NCBI GenBank assembly: GCA_008369845.1
Contig: MRSU01000808.1
Coordinates: 1 to 64,000, forward strand
Origin: Trichomonas gallinae
Taxonomy: Eukaryota
DNA length: 64,000 nt
Reading direction: 5' to 3'
A model generated the notes under the pieces. The model was not told the DNA's origin. It worked only from the letters and a program-made list of their open reading frames with translations, and did no database searches. Numbering within the stretch: position 1 is the stretch's first letter; every line of letters starts with the position of its first letter. Below are positions 20,563 to 32,673 of this stretch, piece by piece. The translations under genes were made by a program, and so were the position numbers.

Positions 20563-22680
20563 ATGTCGGGAACTTCGATATATGATATTGAAGTTCCTGA
20601 TGAACTAAAGCAACTCGAACATATCGATATTTTACTGCAAAACATAACAGAAGAAAGCTTTGAAGAAACATTTAATTATTTGGTAAATTATATTACCGAT
20701 AATGTCTATTTATACGACGTATTCTGCAGACTCACGTTCTTTTCAAGGATAAGACTGAAGAATTTCGGTTTTTATTTAAGACTTTTTGATCGAATTGATA
20801 AATTTTTCCCGAATTTTAAGCATCTATTCCAGCAAACACGAATAACGGCATCAAAATACTTGAATTTAATTACCAATTCGCAAAATATAGAAAATTTTAT
20901 TCCAGAACTTTCATATACACCAAAAACAGCTGAATACATAATAAAATACGATTTATTCGAAGAGTTTGGCGACTACCTCAACAAAAATGATGTTAATGAC
21001 ATTGAATTAAAAATATCAATGGATGATTATTTTTATCCTATGGTAGTTAAGGCGCCAACCTTTGCAGCACTTTATGGATCAATTAATATATTTAAGTTCC
21101 TTTTGATTAATAATGTAGAAATCAATCAAAATGCAGCATATTTCGCTGCTTTAAATGGAAACTACGAAATCATGCATATTCTACATCATAACAACTATGA
21201 TATGAGTTTAGTTCTCATTGCAGCCGTTCATTCCCACAGAGATGATATATATGAATGGGCAAGTACAAAATTGCAGTGTATGGAGCCAGATTTATTTACA
21301 GCTTATCATTCATACAATATACGCGCGTTTTTCCATCTTTATCATACATTAACTCGAAATTTCCAAGTTTCAATGATGTATTCATTTGATTTATTCAAAT
21401 ATCTAATAGAAAAGTGTAATTTCCCTTTAAAAAAGCTTAACAACACAGAATGCGCTTATTTCTGCAACTCTCCGATGGCAATTAAATATTTATTTGATTA
21501 TACAAAGAAAACTCCAGTTCCAGAGATAGAATTACTAGGAGTAGACTTCCCATATGATATATGCCTTCCAGCCCTAAGAGAGTTCTTCAAAAACCTTGAT
21601 CGAGTTCAAATTCAAATTCTTGGATCAGTTTTTGAAGCAGCAGTCTTCACAGATCAAATGGAAACAGTTAAAACATTCCTAGAGTTCGGATTTGATCTGA
21701 ACGCGCTTGATTTAGAATCTTTCATCATTATGACAAAATCAATAGAAATGGAGAGGTTTTTAATCGACAACGGCTTGAAAATAGACATTTTACATGCCAT
21801 CAATTTCTGCGATATCCAAACTATTGCATATTTGATAGAAAAAGGTGTCGATGTAAACAAACCAAGCGAATATATAGTAAATGAAAAGAAGAGCAACATT
21901 ATTATACAAAAATACGACATATCGTTTATGTTCCCTGAATTAGTTTTAAAGACTGAAGTTCCTAATCATTTCCTCACATATCCGAAGCTCAATTCATTTA
22001 CTCCATCCTTCACAACTGTTCCTAGGTCGCCAGTACAAGTGATAACAAATATGCCTTTGCACTTCGCCGTCTGCTGTAACCGTTTTGACGTCGTCAAACT
22101 TTTGATTGAAAGTGGATCAGATGTCAACAGCATTGATTATAAATACAGAACTCCACTGTTTTATTGCATGGACATAGAAATTAAAAAGTTTTTGATTAGC
22201 AAAGGAGCGAAAATCGACGAGAAAGATCCCAGATTTATTTTCTATAGCATACAAGTCGATAAGATGAGTCCGAACACATGCCAGCGCGATATATCATGGA
22301 TACACACGATATTGTACGAAAATTTGATCATGGAATCAAAGAGAATCGCTTTGATCAAAGGAAAGAACAAAGCGTCGAATGAAGAAATCTATGAAGCTCT
22401 TTTCGCATTTTCATCAAAATACGCGAAAAACGTCCTCAAAAAGTCTTCGCCAAGAGATACACAGAATAGCTATTACAACAGCCTATTCAAGAACTATGAA
22501 AATGAAACATTTGAATTCACAAATGATGCAAAGTATGTATTTTATACAATCTGCAACTCATCCCATAGAATGACATTCGTTGAGTTTGATGAGATTCGGA
22601 ATTATTTCAGACTGTCCAACAGTTATTATGAATCTGAGAATAGCGAGCACGAATATTATAATGATGACAGCAATCAATAA
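20563..22680 (+). CDS. Ankyrin-repeat protein (DUF3447-like trichomonad family)
   Basis: Motifs FAALYGSINIFKFLL, AALNGNYEIMHIL, AVHSHRDDIYEW, and PLHFAVCCNRFDVVKLLIESGSDVN...RTPL. Confidence 0.85.
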   Translation: MSGTSIYDIEVPDELKQLEHIDILLQNITEESFEETFNYLVNYITDNVYLYDVFCRLTFFSRIRLKNFGFYLRLFDRIDKFFPNFKHLFQQTRITASKYLNLITNSQNIENFIPELSYTPKTAEYIIKYDLFEEFGDYLNKNDVNDIELKISMDDYFYPMVVKAPTFAALYGSINIFKFLLINNVEINQNAAYFAALNGNYEIMHILHHNNYDMSLVLIAAVHSHRDDIYEWASTKLQCMEPDLFTAYHSYNIRAFFHLYHTLTRNFQVSMMYSFDLFKYLIEKCNFPLKKLNNTECAYFCNSPMAIKYLFDYTKKTPVPEIELLGVDFPYDICLPALREFFKNLDRVQIQILGSVFEAAVFTDQMETVKTFLEFGFDLNALDLESFIIMTKSIEMERFLIDNGLKIDILHAINFCDIQTIAYLIEKGVDVNKPSEYIVNEKKSNIIIQKYDISFMFPELVLKTEVPNHFLTYPKLNSFTPSFTTVPRSPVQVITNMPLHFAVCCNRFDVVKLLIESGSDVNSIDYKYRTPLFYCMDIEIKKFLISKGAKIDEKDPRFIFYSIQVDKMSPNTCQRDISWIHTILYENLIMESKRIALIKGKNKASNEEIYEALFAFSSKYAKNVLKKSSPRDTQNSYYNSLFKNYENETFEFTNDAKYVFYTICNSSHRMTFVEFDEIRNYFRLSNSYYESENSEHEYYNDDSNQ

Positions 22681-22711
22681 TTTATAATATTTTACAAATA
22701 TTAAATATAAA

Positions 22712-23405
22712 TTATGTTGATGTAACGATCACCATGTAAATACATTCTGGAATATTTTGGATGGCTTTTATTTCAATTATATCAGTTGTTTCCTGCTTAT
22801 TTTTCGAAATTATTAATGGAATTACTGCATCGCATTCAAATGTTGATAGATGATTGAGATTTAATATAATCTGTTGGTCCAATGTTCTAGTTATTGAAAC
22901 AGACCCACTAGTTCCCTGAAAATTATTAATATAACATTGATCAATTGTCATGTTCCCTTTATCATGCACATAAAATGAAAAAACAGTCATCACATTATCT
23001 ACAAAATTGCAGTTGCTTATAAAAGCTGCTAAAACATAACATCCAATTATGTGATTCGCTCCTTTATTATTCATCCACATAACAATAGGCGCCGTTCTTC
23101 ACTTCTTTGCTGCTAATTTTCGATCTAAAGCTGCAAATTCTATTTTGAACACATTGGCCATTTTGTTGAAAAAGCAGAGAGCCTCCATTTTCTCTACAGC
23201 TGCATTGAGAAAAGAGGCTGTCTTCTGCAAGAAATTTTGTATCAACAGATGCATAGTTAAAATCAATAGCTCCATAGAAATTTTGTTCAATAAATTTGCA
23301 AAATGAAACGAAATAGCTAGACTGAGAGCCACTTAATCGATCATTTTTAGAATTATAAATTTGATCTGCTGGTTTGGTATAAAAATCAAACCATTCGGTT
23401 GATAT
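22712..23405 (-). pseudogene. Pseudogene of the beta-helix-like family (internal frameshifting deletion, no ATG at the expected start)
   Basis: The 5' part (ISTEWFDFY...FLAEDSLF...GQCVQNRICSF...YCYVD) and 3' part (MNNKG...NCNF...LNHLSTFEC) are in different frames, joined near 23072. About 100 codons are missing relative to 18053-19060. Confidence 0.8.
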
Positions 23406-24025
23406 ATGCTGAATCTGGAAAATGATTGATGGCTCATATTTATTGAAAATCCTTCCCAATTTTAAAGACCCTAATTAATTCAGTTCAACCCTTTTTATTG
23501 TTTTTTTTTTCGGAAATCTGTCAAGGATCTTTTTTTAAAACAAACTAATTTGATAAAATAAACAATTAGATTTTGTAGGTAACCGATATAAACGGTACAA
23601 TTTCAACCTTTTATATAGTATAAGCCAATAAATAATGAAACGAATATATTTTGTTTAAAATTTGAATGAAATACTGTAAAAAACGATTAAACAATGTGTT
23701 ATCTACAATTATTTATGTCATGTATTATTTTTAATTCCGATGTTGCAATGGTTCTGGTAGAGGTGTACCTCTGTTCTGGTTTAAAAAGTAAATTTTTAAT
23801 TTTACCATTTTTTAATATTTTTCCAAATTATAAAAAATTTAATGAGATACAATTATGCTTTTGTCAAACAGCATAAATTTTGTTCTTGTAAGCCATTAAG
23901 TATATATAATATTTATATATGTCAATGCTTAATTTTGGAAAAGTTATGCAGATAATTTAATGAGAGGATAATATTCAAGTCATGAACTTTTTATATTATT
24001 AGTATAGATATTCACACCTTTTATA

Positions 24026-25480
24026 TTACATGGAAATAAATGGACAAATATTGAAGATTTGATTAGAAATACTGAACATGTTGTAAGAAGAGGTGCAAAA
24101 GTGTTCAATCTTGCAAATTCCACCTTCTGGAAATGAAAGATGGACATCGCTGCATGATGTATTGTGTGGAGATATGAATGAAATTTGTGCTTTGTTCATA
24201 AACTGTGGATTGGTGAAAAGATTTTTCATAGGTCGCATATCATATGTAAACTTGATGAATTTCAGCTTCGGACAGTCAACAAATGAATTTGGCTCAATTT
24301 CAATCATCGATGCTGTGCTGAGAGGCAACATGATGTACTTCAACTGTGGACACAGTCTGACTGCATTGGTTTTAATGATACAAGAACTATTGAATTCATT
24401 AAACTTGATATATTCCAAATTCGGGCATTCAGTAAAAGTGTTTGCAGCAATGAGCTCAATATTCGAGTAAAATTCAATCATTTTGCCTTGATATAGTGCA
24501 AATACAAAATTCAGCCCGCCATTTCCAATCCGTCTTAAAGATTTCGGCAAAATAATTTGAGCTTGACAAAGAAGAAAACAATAGCTAGAATCAATTATTT
24601 CGATATCTGCTTCAAAAATTATTTTGTCGAAAACGCATTCAAAAAATGGCTGGCCTCCCAATTGTTTAACATTTTTCGGAATAATTAATTCTTTATTATT
24701 AATTACTGTTCTGAATGCTTCATTATCTATACAAGAACATTTTTCATGAATTTCTATCTTTGTTGTATAATTGCATGGACACATTATGAGCCGAGAAAAA
24801 TCTGAAGAATACAAAATTCCTTTGTATAACTTATAACGTGTATTATTTTCATGTAATTTATACAATGATAATTTAGAAATACCATTTAAAGCACCAGTTG
24901 ATATTTCGACATTTTCTGGAATGAAGAATTCGCTTAATAATGATCCTTGAGCGATTGCATAACCAATATATAATAGCTGACTATCTTTTGGGATATCAAT
25001 CCGAAGTAATGATATACATACGGAGAATGGTCCACCTCCGTATTGGGTTGTATAACCCTGAATCTTTTGTACGGTTTTAGGGATTTTTATCTCAATCAAT
25101 TTTGTACGTGCAAAACATCCTGGATGAAACTCAGTCAATTCACCATCTTCTGGCAAACTAATATATGTTAATGAAGAACTAAGGAAGCATGAAGTACTAA
25201 TATTTTTTAAATGTTTGCAATTTCGTAAATCAACATAGAATAGTTTCGAGAAGTATGAAAATGTTTTGCTTCCGAGGTCCTCTAAACTTGATCCACTATG
25301 AAATGAAAAATTGACTAATATTCTACTGCAGGCAGATAAAGCCTGACTCGTATCAAGTATTCGGACAACATTTTGAGGGAATTCGATAACTGATTTTGGT
25401 GCTGCATATGATAGAACTGTATTAGTTGGTGCATCGCTATATTGAAAATCATTTGAAATGTAAAGACAAAAATTTAACAC
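24026..25480 (-). CDS. BspA-like leucine-rich repeat (TpLRR) protein, GTG at the start position
   Basis: LRR_5 units (IKIPKTVQKI, LIIPKNVKQLG, IILPKSLRRIG) and the motif GILYSSDFSRLIMCP. The frame opens TAA AAA GTG TTA AAT; the first ATG is at residue 233. Confidence 0.8.
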   Translation of the reverse strand: MLNFCLYISNDFQYSDAPTNTVLSYAAPKSVIEFPQNVVRILDTSQALSACSRILVNFSFHSGSSLEDLGSKTFSYFSKLFYVDLRNCKHLKNISTSCFLSSSLTYISLPEDGELTEFHPGCFARTKLIEIKIPKTVQKIQGYTTQYGGGPFSVCISLLRIDIPKDSQLLYIGYAIAQGSLLSEFFIPENVEISTGALNGISKLSLYKLHENNTRYKLYKGILYSSDFSRLIMCPCNYTTKIEIHEKCSCIDNEAFRTVINNKELIIPKNVKQLGGQPFFECVFDKIIFEADIEIIDSSYCFLLCQAQIILPKSLRRIGNGGLNFVFALYQGKMIEFYSNIELIAANTFTECPNLEYIKFNEFNSSCIIKTNAVRLCPQLKYIMLPLSTASMIEIEPNSFVDCPKLKFIKFTYDMRPMKNLFTNPQFMNKAQISFISPHNTSCSDVHLSFPEGGICKIEHFCTSSYNMFSISNQIFNICPFISM

Positions 25481-25869
25481 TTTTTAAATTTGAAATATCA
25501 GTATATTCGATTACAAGACTTTACTTAGAGCATCAATCATATCAATCTTCTAAGGAAATAAACCAATATATCTATTATTAACATTATAAATTAAACTTAG
25601 ATCAATGCATTGCATCTATGTGCAGAGTTATACATTGATAGCTAATATTATATTTTTTTTTCTTCAAATATGCATATCCAAAAAGTGTCAAATTAGCGAT
25701 CATATAAATTTACAATCATTTGATCTTACACAGATTATTTTCGTATATGTATCCAGGTTGATATATAGAATGATAAGGCATTGATAAAGATGTCAAAAAA
25801 TTGAATGATGCTCGATAATTCAAAGATTTTCAAGATTTTTGATCTCACTTCATATTTTTATATAATCTC

Positions 25870-26610
25870 ATGGAGAAACTAACTCAGCTGGGAAAAAATA
25901 TCACGAAGCTAAGTGTAGATCAGCTTCCAAAGGACTTAGCACACATTGGCTTCATTATTATCAATACTTATTCAAACACAAAATACACTTTAGGTGATGG
26001 TCCATTAAATGATGGATATAACATGGCGAAATGCTTGAGCATGTTAGGATATGACATATTTTATTTGATAGACTCAAAGAAAGAGAGATTTCTAGAGAAG
26101 TTAAAATATTTTGTTAATAATGTTACGAGTGATCTCGTTGTTTACTATGTTGGCCATGGAATAAATGTTAAAGATCTTGATGGTGATGAAGATGATGGAT
26201 ATGATGAAGCGATGCTCTTTATCAACGGTCCAGTAATAGATGATGTTTTGATTGAATATTTAATCAAATATAAGAATCCAAAATCCAAGATTGTCTTGGT
26301 AACAGATGCATGCCATTCCGGAACGATTTGGGACATTCAAAGTGGCAATGCGAATGGGCGTCAACTGCCTTCAAATATTATCTCAATTTCAGCAACAAGC
26401 GATAAACAAACTGCGAAGCAAACAGTTACTGGAAACCTGGAACAAGGAATGTTTACTTATTATCTGACAAAGTTAATAAATAGTCATCCTAATTTAAACT
26501 CCATCCAAATTAAAAAACAGATGAAAAAAGTAATGAAAAATTTCCAACAAACAGTCACAATCGCATCAACATCAATGAATCTTATAACAGATCCTTTGTT
26601 TAAATTCTAG
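25870..26610 (+). CDS. Metacaspase (clan CD, family C14) without prodomain
   Basis: Catalytic His (YYVGHG), DGDEDDGYDEA, catalytic Cys (TDACHSGTIWD), and QGMFT. Confidence 0.92.
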   Translation: MEKLTQLGKNITKLSVDQLPKDLAHIGFIIINTYSNTKYTLGDGPLNDGYNMAKCLSMLGYDIFYLIDSKKERFLEKLKYFVNNVTSDLVVYYVGHGINVKDLDGDEDDGYDEAMLFINGPVIDDVLIEYLIKYKNPKSKIVLVTDACHSGTIWDIQSGNANGRQLPSNIISISATSDKQTAKQTVTGNLEQGMFTYYLTKLINSHPNLNSIQIKKQMKKVMKNFQQTVTIASTSMNLITDPLFKF

Positions 26611-27609
26611 CAATAAATATATCATAAAGAATATTTGAATACATGTGTTAAATTTAATAGTAATTAAAGTCATTGCAAGCTTTAATTTAAGCACAAGTTA
26701 TCGAATCTCATATATCAATTTACATTATGAGATTCCATAATTTTAAAAACAGATATGGGATCAGGCTTGTCGGCGATTTATACACACCGAAAAGTCCAAA
26801 ATGGCAACAAGTATCCAGAATTAGTCGTTTCTGAACCTTATGAGATATTAAAGATTTGATAGAATATTAACAGAAGAATTACATAAATATTTTATAATAA
26901 ATTTTGTTTATTTTCTTAATGATGATGAATTTGAAATCTCAAAATATTATTATAAAATATTGGGCAACTTGCAAAATATTGTATTGTAGTATTCTTAGAA
27001 ATAGACAGAAATACATTATTGAGATGTGAAATTTGATCATTTTTTCGTTTGAGATCAATTTAATATAATTTTTTATTGTTTATTTCACGATAATCTGGGT
27101 AATTGCAACATAGATATTTAGATTTTCTTTTCCAACATGTTGGAGAATCGTTACAACTAGCTTTGAAAAAAATTCTGTGGAAAAATATTCTTATTTTTTC
27201 GAAAAATTAATTTATTTTCTTATATCGTAATTAATTCCGTTTATCGCTGCGTTAAAGTTTTCCCAGTTTTCAAAAATTGAATAAATATTTAAAACAAAAC
27301 TTGATAAATTAGATAATTTATCAATAATTGAATAATTAATAATAAAATATTTTTCTCAAAATATCTATCGTTCGGGATCACTTTCTCAATTTTATTTATT
27401 GAAAAAATCGACTTTTATCATTATATAAGACACAAAAACCTATTAATATCCATTTTCTTTTTGGCACTTTTGAAACGACACGCAATTTTGAAAAAAAAAG
27501 ATATAATAACAATCTTAATGTGATAATAATCACAAATACACAAATACACTTTTTTGGTGTAGGCCAAGAAGTTCTCAATTAATGATCCCCAAAAAATTAA
27601 TATTTTACA

Positions 27610-30600
27610 ATGCTTCAACACGCTTTGTTCGCTTCAACTTTATTGAACAAAAGAGTTCAGTATAATGGGGCAAACTATTTCCTCAATGGAAACACGCTTG
27701 AAATCTACGGAAACGGAACAATTTCAAAAGATGAAACACAACAATTCACCAATCAGACATATCACATCAAAATTAACGAATCAGTTGATACAATTGAAGA
27801 AAAATCATTTGCTTATTTCCTGAATTTACAAACTGTTGAAATCACATCCAATTTATCCACAATCAATTCCGAAGCTTTCAACGGATGCTCAAAACTTACA
27901 TCCATTACATTACCAAATACACTTACAACATTAGAAGAATCAAGTTTTGCAGAATGTTCATCTTTAAAAATTGAATCTTTACCAGAAAGCTTAACCACAA
28001 TCGGTGCTGACTGCTTCTCTGGTTGCGAATCTATTACAACAATCACTATTCCAGCTTCAGTTAAAAGAATTGAAAGTGTCACATTTACAAATTGCAGGAA
28101 TTTGCAGACAATAAATCTTCACGATGACATTACATACCTTGGTTGGCATTCTTTCGAGAATTGTTCAAAGTTAGTTTTAACAAATCTTCCAAAGAAATTA
28201 AATGAGCTCGGCCACTTCGCTTTCGTTGGCTGTGAGTCGCTCAAGTCAATCACAATGTACGAAGAAGTCGAAATCATTGATGAATACACATTCTCTGGTT
28301 GCATTAATTTGGTAGAAGTTATTTTCACAGACAAAATGGCGACAATTCATAAGTACGCTTTCTTAAACTGCAAGTCTCTCAAAATGAAGTCTCTCCCAGA
28401 GACAGTCGGCATTCTGAGCGAAGGTGTCTTCATGGGATGCGAATCTCTCACAGAGTTCACAATTCCATCAAGTATCCTTTACATCAACGCTAATACTTTC
28501 AAGGACTGCATCAATTTAGTCACAGTGAACTTGCCAAATAAAACAGCCTACTTAGGAAACAGCGTCTTCGAGAACTGCATTTCTTTGAAGATGGACACAA
28601 TACCAGAGAGAGTCTCCAGCATTGGATCAAGAGTTTTCTACAACTGCACATCTCTCACACAGTTCCACTACACACAAACATCAATCAGAGAAGAAACATT
28701 CGCAAACTGCGTCAACTTAGCTTTAATCTCATTCAAAGATGAAATCACAACAATCAGAAACTACGCTTTCTATAACTGTACTAAGCTCACTAATGTTTAT
28801 CTCACCGACAGTTTGTCATCTTTCGGAACACACGTTTTCGAAGGCTGCACATCTCTCAAGATGATCTACTGCCCAGGAACAATGTTTACAATCAGTGAGT
28901 ATTCATTCAAGGACTGCCACAGCCTTGAAAACGTCGAAATTAGCGATGGTATCATGGGAATCGATGATGGTGCTTTCCAGAACTGCTACAGACTTACAAC
29001 AATCAACATTCCAAACAATATCATTAACTTCGGTGATGCAATTTTCGTCAACTGCTCTTCTTTGAGATCCATCTCGTATCCACCAGCAATCAGAGACATT
29101 TCCAAGAATTCATTCGAAGGCTGTACAAGCATGACATCTTTCGAGTGGCCATCATTCACCGATACAATCTACTCCAAGGCTTTCGCAAGAACAGGCTTCA
29201 CAAGCATCGTCTTCCCAACTTTCGTTAAGAACATTTATGTTGATGCTTTCGAATACTGCGATAAACTTGAAAAGATCACAATTCCAGTCATCGAAATTAA
29301 CTACGAAGTTTCTCCATTCTCAACATGCCAGAATTTCAACGAGATTTTATTTGTTGATGCTTATCATCTTGCTTCAATCGTTGGTGAAAATTTCTTGAAG
29401 GACTGCAAGGCACTTGAAAAGATCAAATTCTCAACAAAGAATCTCAACTCAATTTCTGCTTCTGCTTTCACAAATTGTGAATCTCTTAAGTCTGTATACA
29501 TCACATCTGAGAAGAAAGATTTTACACTTCCAGGAGGTTTATTCAGCACAACACAGAACCTTCTCACAGCAAAAATCAATTGCTTCATGATTTTCGTCAA
29601 CGACTACTTGTTCGCTAACTGCTCCAGCTTGCAAAACGCTACAATCAATGGTGAATCTGTTACATTCGGTGGCTATGTCTTCGCCAACTGCTCATCTTTG
29701 ACAGATTTCTACACAACATCTTCATCTGTTTTGAGAATCACACCAGATTTGTTCGAAAACTCATTGGCATTACAGGAACTTCACATCAAGTGTGAGCACA
29801 TCGCTTTTGCTGAGAAGTGCTTCCAGTATCATCCAAAGATCGCTGAGCTCTTCATCGACGCAGAAACATTGAAGTTCGACGACTTCGCTTTCGATGGATG
29901 CACAAAATTGTTCCATTTGGAACTTAATGCTCTTGTTAACAGAATTGGCAAGTACGCTTTCCACAAAGTTTATGGCATGTCCCTCCTCCATCTCAACTGC
30001 AATGATCTCATCATTGACGATTTCGCCTTTGCCAACTGCTACAATCTCGGCTACTTCGAGCCAAACGGCACAATTGCAAGAATCGGTAAATCCGCTTTCA
30101 TGGCCGACAGGTCCTTTGATTTCTTCACATCTAACTTTGATGTCCTTGAAATCGATGACTATGCTTTCCAAGGATGTAACAGAATCAGATGGCTCAAGGT
30201 TGGAGGCAACATGAAGTCAATTTCTCCACTCGCTTTCGATCAACTTGAGAAATTCTTTGAAGTTACAGTTCAAGGAAACTTCGAGAAAGTTGTTTCTAGT
30301 CAATTCCCAACAAACAGAGACTTCACTTTTTTCACAGTTAAAGGCGACATCAAGATAATCGAAGATTCTGCTTTCAAGGGTTGCTCATCCTTGCAGAACT
30401 TCAAGGTTGGCGGAACAATCGGCAAAGTTGGTGAATACATTTTTGGAAACTGCATCTACCTTCAATCTGTTTCAATCGGCAAAGTTAACAGACTTCCAAC
30501 AGGTTTGTTCATGAACTGTTTGAGCTTGAAGGAGATAAACATCGTTGCCGATGATTTGACCCATATTGGCGACAAAGTTTTCTTCCACTCCAAGCTCGAA

Positions 30601-32094
30601 ATAATCAGCATCACAACAGGCGGCAAGTTCACATTCACAAAAGAATTTATGAGTGGCACAAACAATCTTAAAGTATTCAACCTCAATGCTGGCAGTGTCA
30701 AATTCGATGCAGAAACATTCAATGAATCTTCTTTGCTTAAGCTTATTGTTGTCGCTTCAGGCACAGTTGACATAGCCAAGAATGGCTTTACATGCATCTC
30801 TGTCAGTGATGTAAGTATTGACAGCCCTGTTTTGTACTTTGAGGAATCAGCATTTGCTAACGCGGTCAACTTGACAAACTTTAAGACAACAGCTAAGTCT
30901 CTTGACTTCCCATCAAGATGCTTCGATGGCTGCTTGTCTTTAACAACATTCACAAAGACAGATGCTGTTCATTCCATCTCTGATCACGCTTTCCATGCTT
31001 GCTCATCACTCGAATCCTTCCGCATCATTTATGACACTGATTATGTTATTGGTGCTCATGCATTTTGCGGCTGCTCTTCATTGAAGTCGTTCTCAATCAT
31101 TTCCAAGTCACTCATTTTCCATGAGTACTGCTTCAACCAGTGCAGCAGCCTAGTTGACTTCTCAATCAACGCTGATGTTAAGTCAATTGATGAGCACGCA
31201 TTCTTCAACACTTCATTCAAGTCAATCAACTTCAAGGGACCAGCTCAGTCTATTGGTGTCGGCGCATTCATGAACTCTAAGATCGAAGTTGTTACATTCG
31301 AGACAACTCTTGATCTTACAATCAACGCTCACGCATTTTGCGGCTGCGACAAGCTCAGTATGTTCGTCACTGAAGGCAATGCAATCCTCATGGAATATGC
31401 TTTCCATGGTTGCTCAGCTCTTCAGTTATTCGATGCTGAATCGATTTCTCAGCTTGGCGAATATTCTTTCGCTAACTGCACAAGCCTCAAGGATGTCAAG
31501 ATCACAAAGTTCCCATCAATCGTTGCTGATCATTCCTTCGAAGGCTGCTCTAAGCTTTCTGATATCAGCTTCGCTGCCAATACAACACAATACGGAAAAT
31601 TATCATTCTCCAAGACAGGTGTTGAAAATATCACATTTACTGGCTCCAAGATTATTTTATTCGAAAGCGCATTTGCAAATTGTGATAAACTCAAGTCTGT
31701 TTTCATCGGCGCAAACTACACAGACTTCGGTGAGTCTGCTTTTGCTCACTCATCCATTTTGACCAACTTCTACTACTGTGGCAACAAGACTGTTGCTCCA
31801 GCTTCAGTTCTTGAAGGTACAAACGTCTCAGTCGTTTACGTTTCGAGCGACTTCGGCAACGCCAAGTTCGGTAATGTTGAAACAAATGCTTCAGACTTGT
31901 GCCCAAGCAGCGGCAGTGGTGGCGATTCGCAGAATGATAACAAGGCAAAGATCACTATTATCGCATCAGTCTCTGTCTCTATTGTAGTCGTAATTGTTCT
32001 TATCGTCATCATCATTATGTTCTGCAACAAGAAGACACAAGGCTTACCATCTACTATCCCACTCATTTCTAGCCCAGAAACTAACAATAATTAG
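27610..32094 (+). CDS. Large BspA-like LRR surface protein with C-terminal TM helix and short cytosolic tail
   Basis: Dozens of TpLRR units (AFNGCSKLTSITLPNTLTTL), the NFYYCG cap, a Gly/Ser linker, TM IIASVSVSIVVVIVLIVIIIMFC, and a tail of about 22 aa. Confidence 0.95.
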   Translation: MLQHALFASTLLNKRVQYNGANYFLNGNTLEIYGNGTISKDETQQFTNQTYHIKINESVDTIEEKSFAYFLNLQTVEITSNLSTINSEAFNGCSKLTSITLPNTLTTLEESSFAECSSLKIESLPESLTTIGADCFSGCESITTITIPASVKRIESVTFTNCRNLQTINLHDDITYLGWHSFENCSKLVLTNLPKKLNELGHFAFVGCESLKSITMYEEVEIIDEYTFSGCINLVEVIFTDKMATIHKYAFLNCKSLKMKSLPETVGILSEGVFMGCESLTEFTIPSSILYINANTFKDCINLVTVNLPNKTAYLGNSVFENCISLKMDTIPERVSSIGSRVFYNCTSLTQFHYTQTSIREETFANCVNLALISFKDEITTIRNYAFYNCTKLTNVYLTDSLSSFGTHVFEGCTSLKMIYCPGTMFTISEYSFKDCHSLENVEISDGIMGIDDGAFQNCYRLTTINIPNNIINFGDAIFVNCSSLRSISYPPAIRDISKNSFEGCTSMTSFEWPSFTDTIYSKAFARTGFTSIVFPTFVKNIYVDAFEYCDKLEKITIPVIEINYEVSPFSTCQNFNEILFVDAYHLASIVGENFLKDCKALEKIKFSTKNLNSISASAFTNCESLKSVYITSEKKDFTLPGGLFSTTQNLLTAKINCFMIFVNDYLFANCSSLQNATINGESVTFGGYVFANCSSLTDFYTTSSSVLRITPDLFENSLALQELHIKCEHIAFAEKCFQYHPKIAELFIDAETLKFDDFAFDGCTKLFHLELNALVNRIGKYAFHKVYGMSLLHLNCNDLIIDDFAFANCYNLGYFEPNGTIARIGKSAFMADRSFDFFTSNFDVLEIDDYAFQGCNRIRWLKVGGNMKSISPLAFDQLEKFFEVTVQGNFEKVVSSQFPTNRDFTFFTVKGDIKIIEDSAFKGCSSLQNFKVGGTIGKVGEYIFGNCIYLQSVSIGKVNRLPTGLFMNCLSLKEINIVADDLTHIGDKVFFHSKLEIISITTGGKFTFTKEFMSGTNNLKVFNLNAGSVKFDAETFNESSLLKLIVVASGTVDIAKNGFTCISVSDVSIDSPVLYFEESAFANAVNLTNFKTTAKSLDFPSRCFDGCLSLTTFTKTDAVHSISDHAFHACSSLESFRIIYDTDYVIGAHAFCGCSSLKSFSIISKSLIFHEYCFNQCSSLVDFSINADVKSIDEHAFFNTSFKSINFKGPAQSIGVGAFMNSKIEVVTFETTLDLTINAHAFCGCDKLSMFVTEGNAILMEYAFHGCSALQLFDAESISQLGEYSFANCTSLKDVKITKFPSIVADHSFEGCSKLSDISFAANTTQYGKLSFSKTGVENITFTGSKIILFESAFANCDKLKSVFIGANYTDFGESAFAHSSILTNFYYCGNKTVAPASVLEGTNVSVVYVSSDFGNAKFGNVETNASDLCPSSGSGGDSQNDNKAKITIIASVSVSIVVVIVLIVIIIMFCNKKTQGLPSTIPLISSPETNNN

Positions 32095-32673
32095 ATATAA
32101 AGATAGATCTTTTTTTTTTTTATGTTTTAGTTTTTTAACCAAATAAAAATGAAAATAATCTGTTTCAAAAAATTTGGAATAATTTTCTCAATTAATGATG
32201 ATTCGATTTAATTGAAAATATGGCAAATTCAAAGTAGATATCAGCAAATAGAAAGGCATTATAGAGCAATACTATTTTCATCGGGAAAAATTGCATTTAA
32301 AACGATTTTAAGTTGGATGAGAAAATTGATATATATTTTAGCTAAACATCACAAAACACCTGCTAAACTTTGAGAATAAGAAGTTATGTATAAATGTCCG
32401 TAGAATCGAGCTAACTTTCTTTACAAAGATTGAAAATATTAAAAAAAATTGAATCGATATTAATTCTCTCAAAGCTGTTGTAAATTATAAAGCCTGTAAC
32501 CCATACCGAAAAGAAAAACTTAAGTTCCTGATCACATCACTAATGATTTGCGATTTTTGCCGAATAAAAATTAATCGATTGAATTTACGAAAATCACATT
32601 TCAAAGGAATAAAAAATTGGATATAGTAATAATAATTGTTTAGCAACTAAAATTTCAAACAAAAATAAATTAA

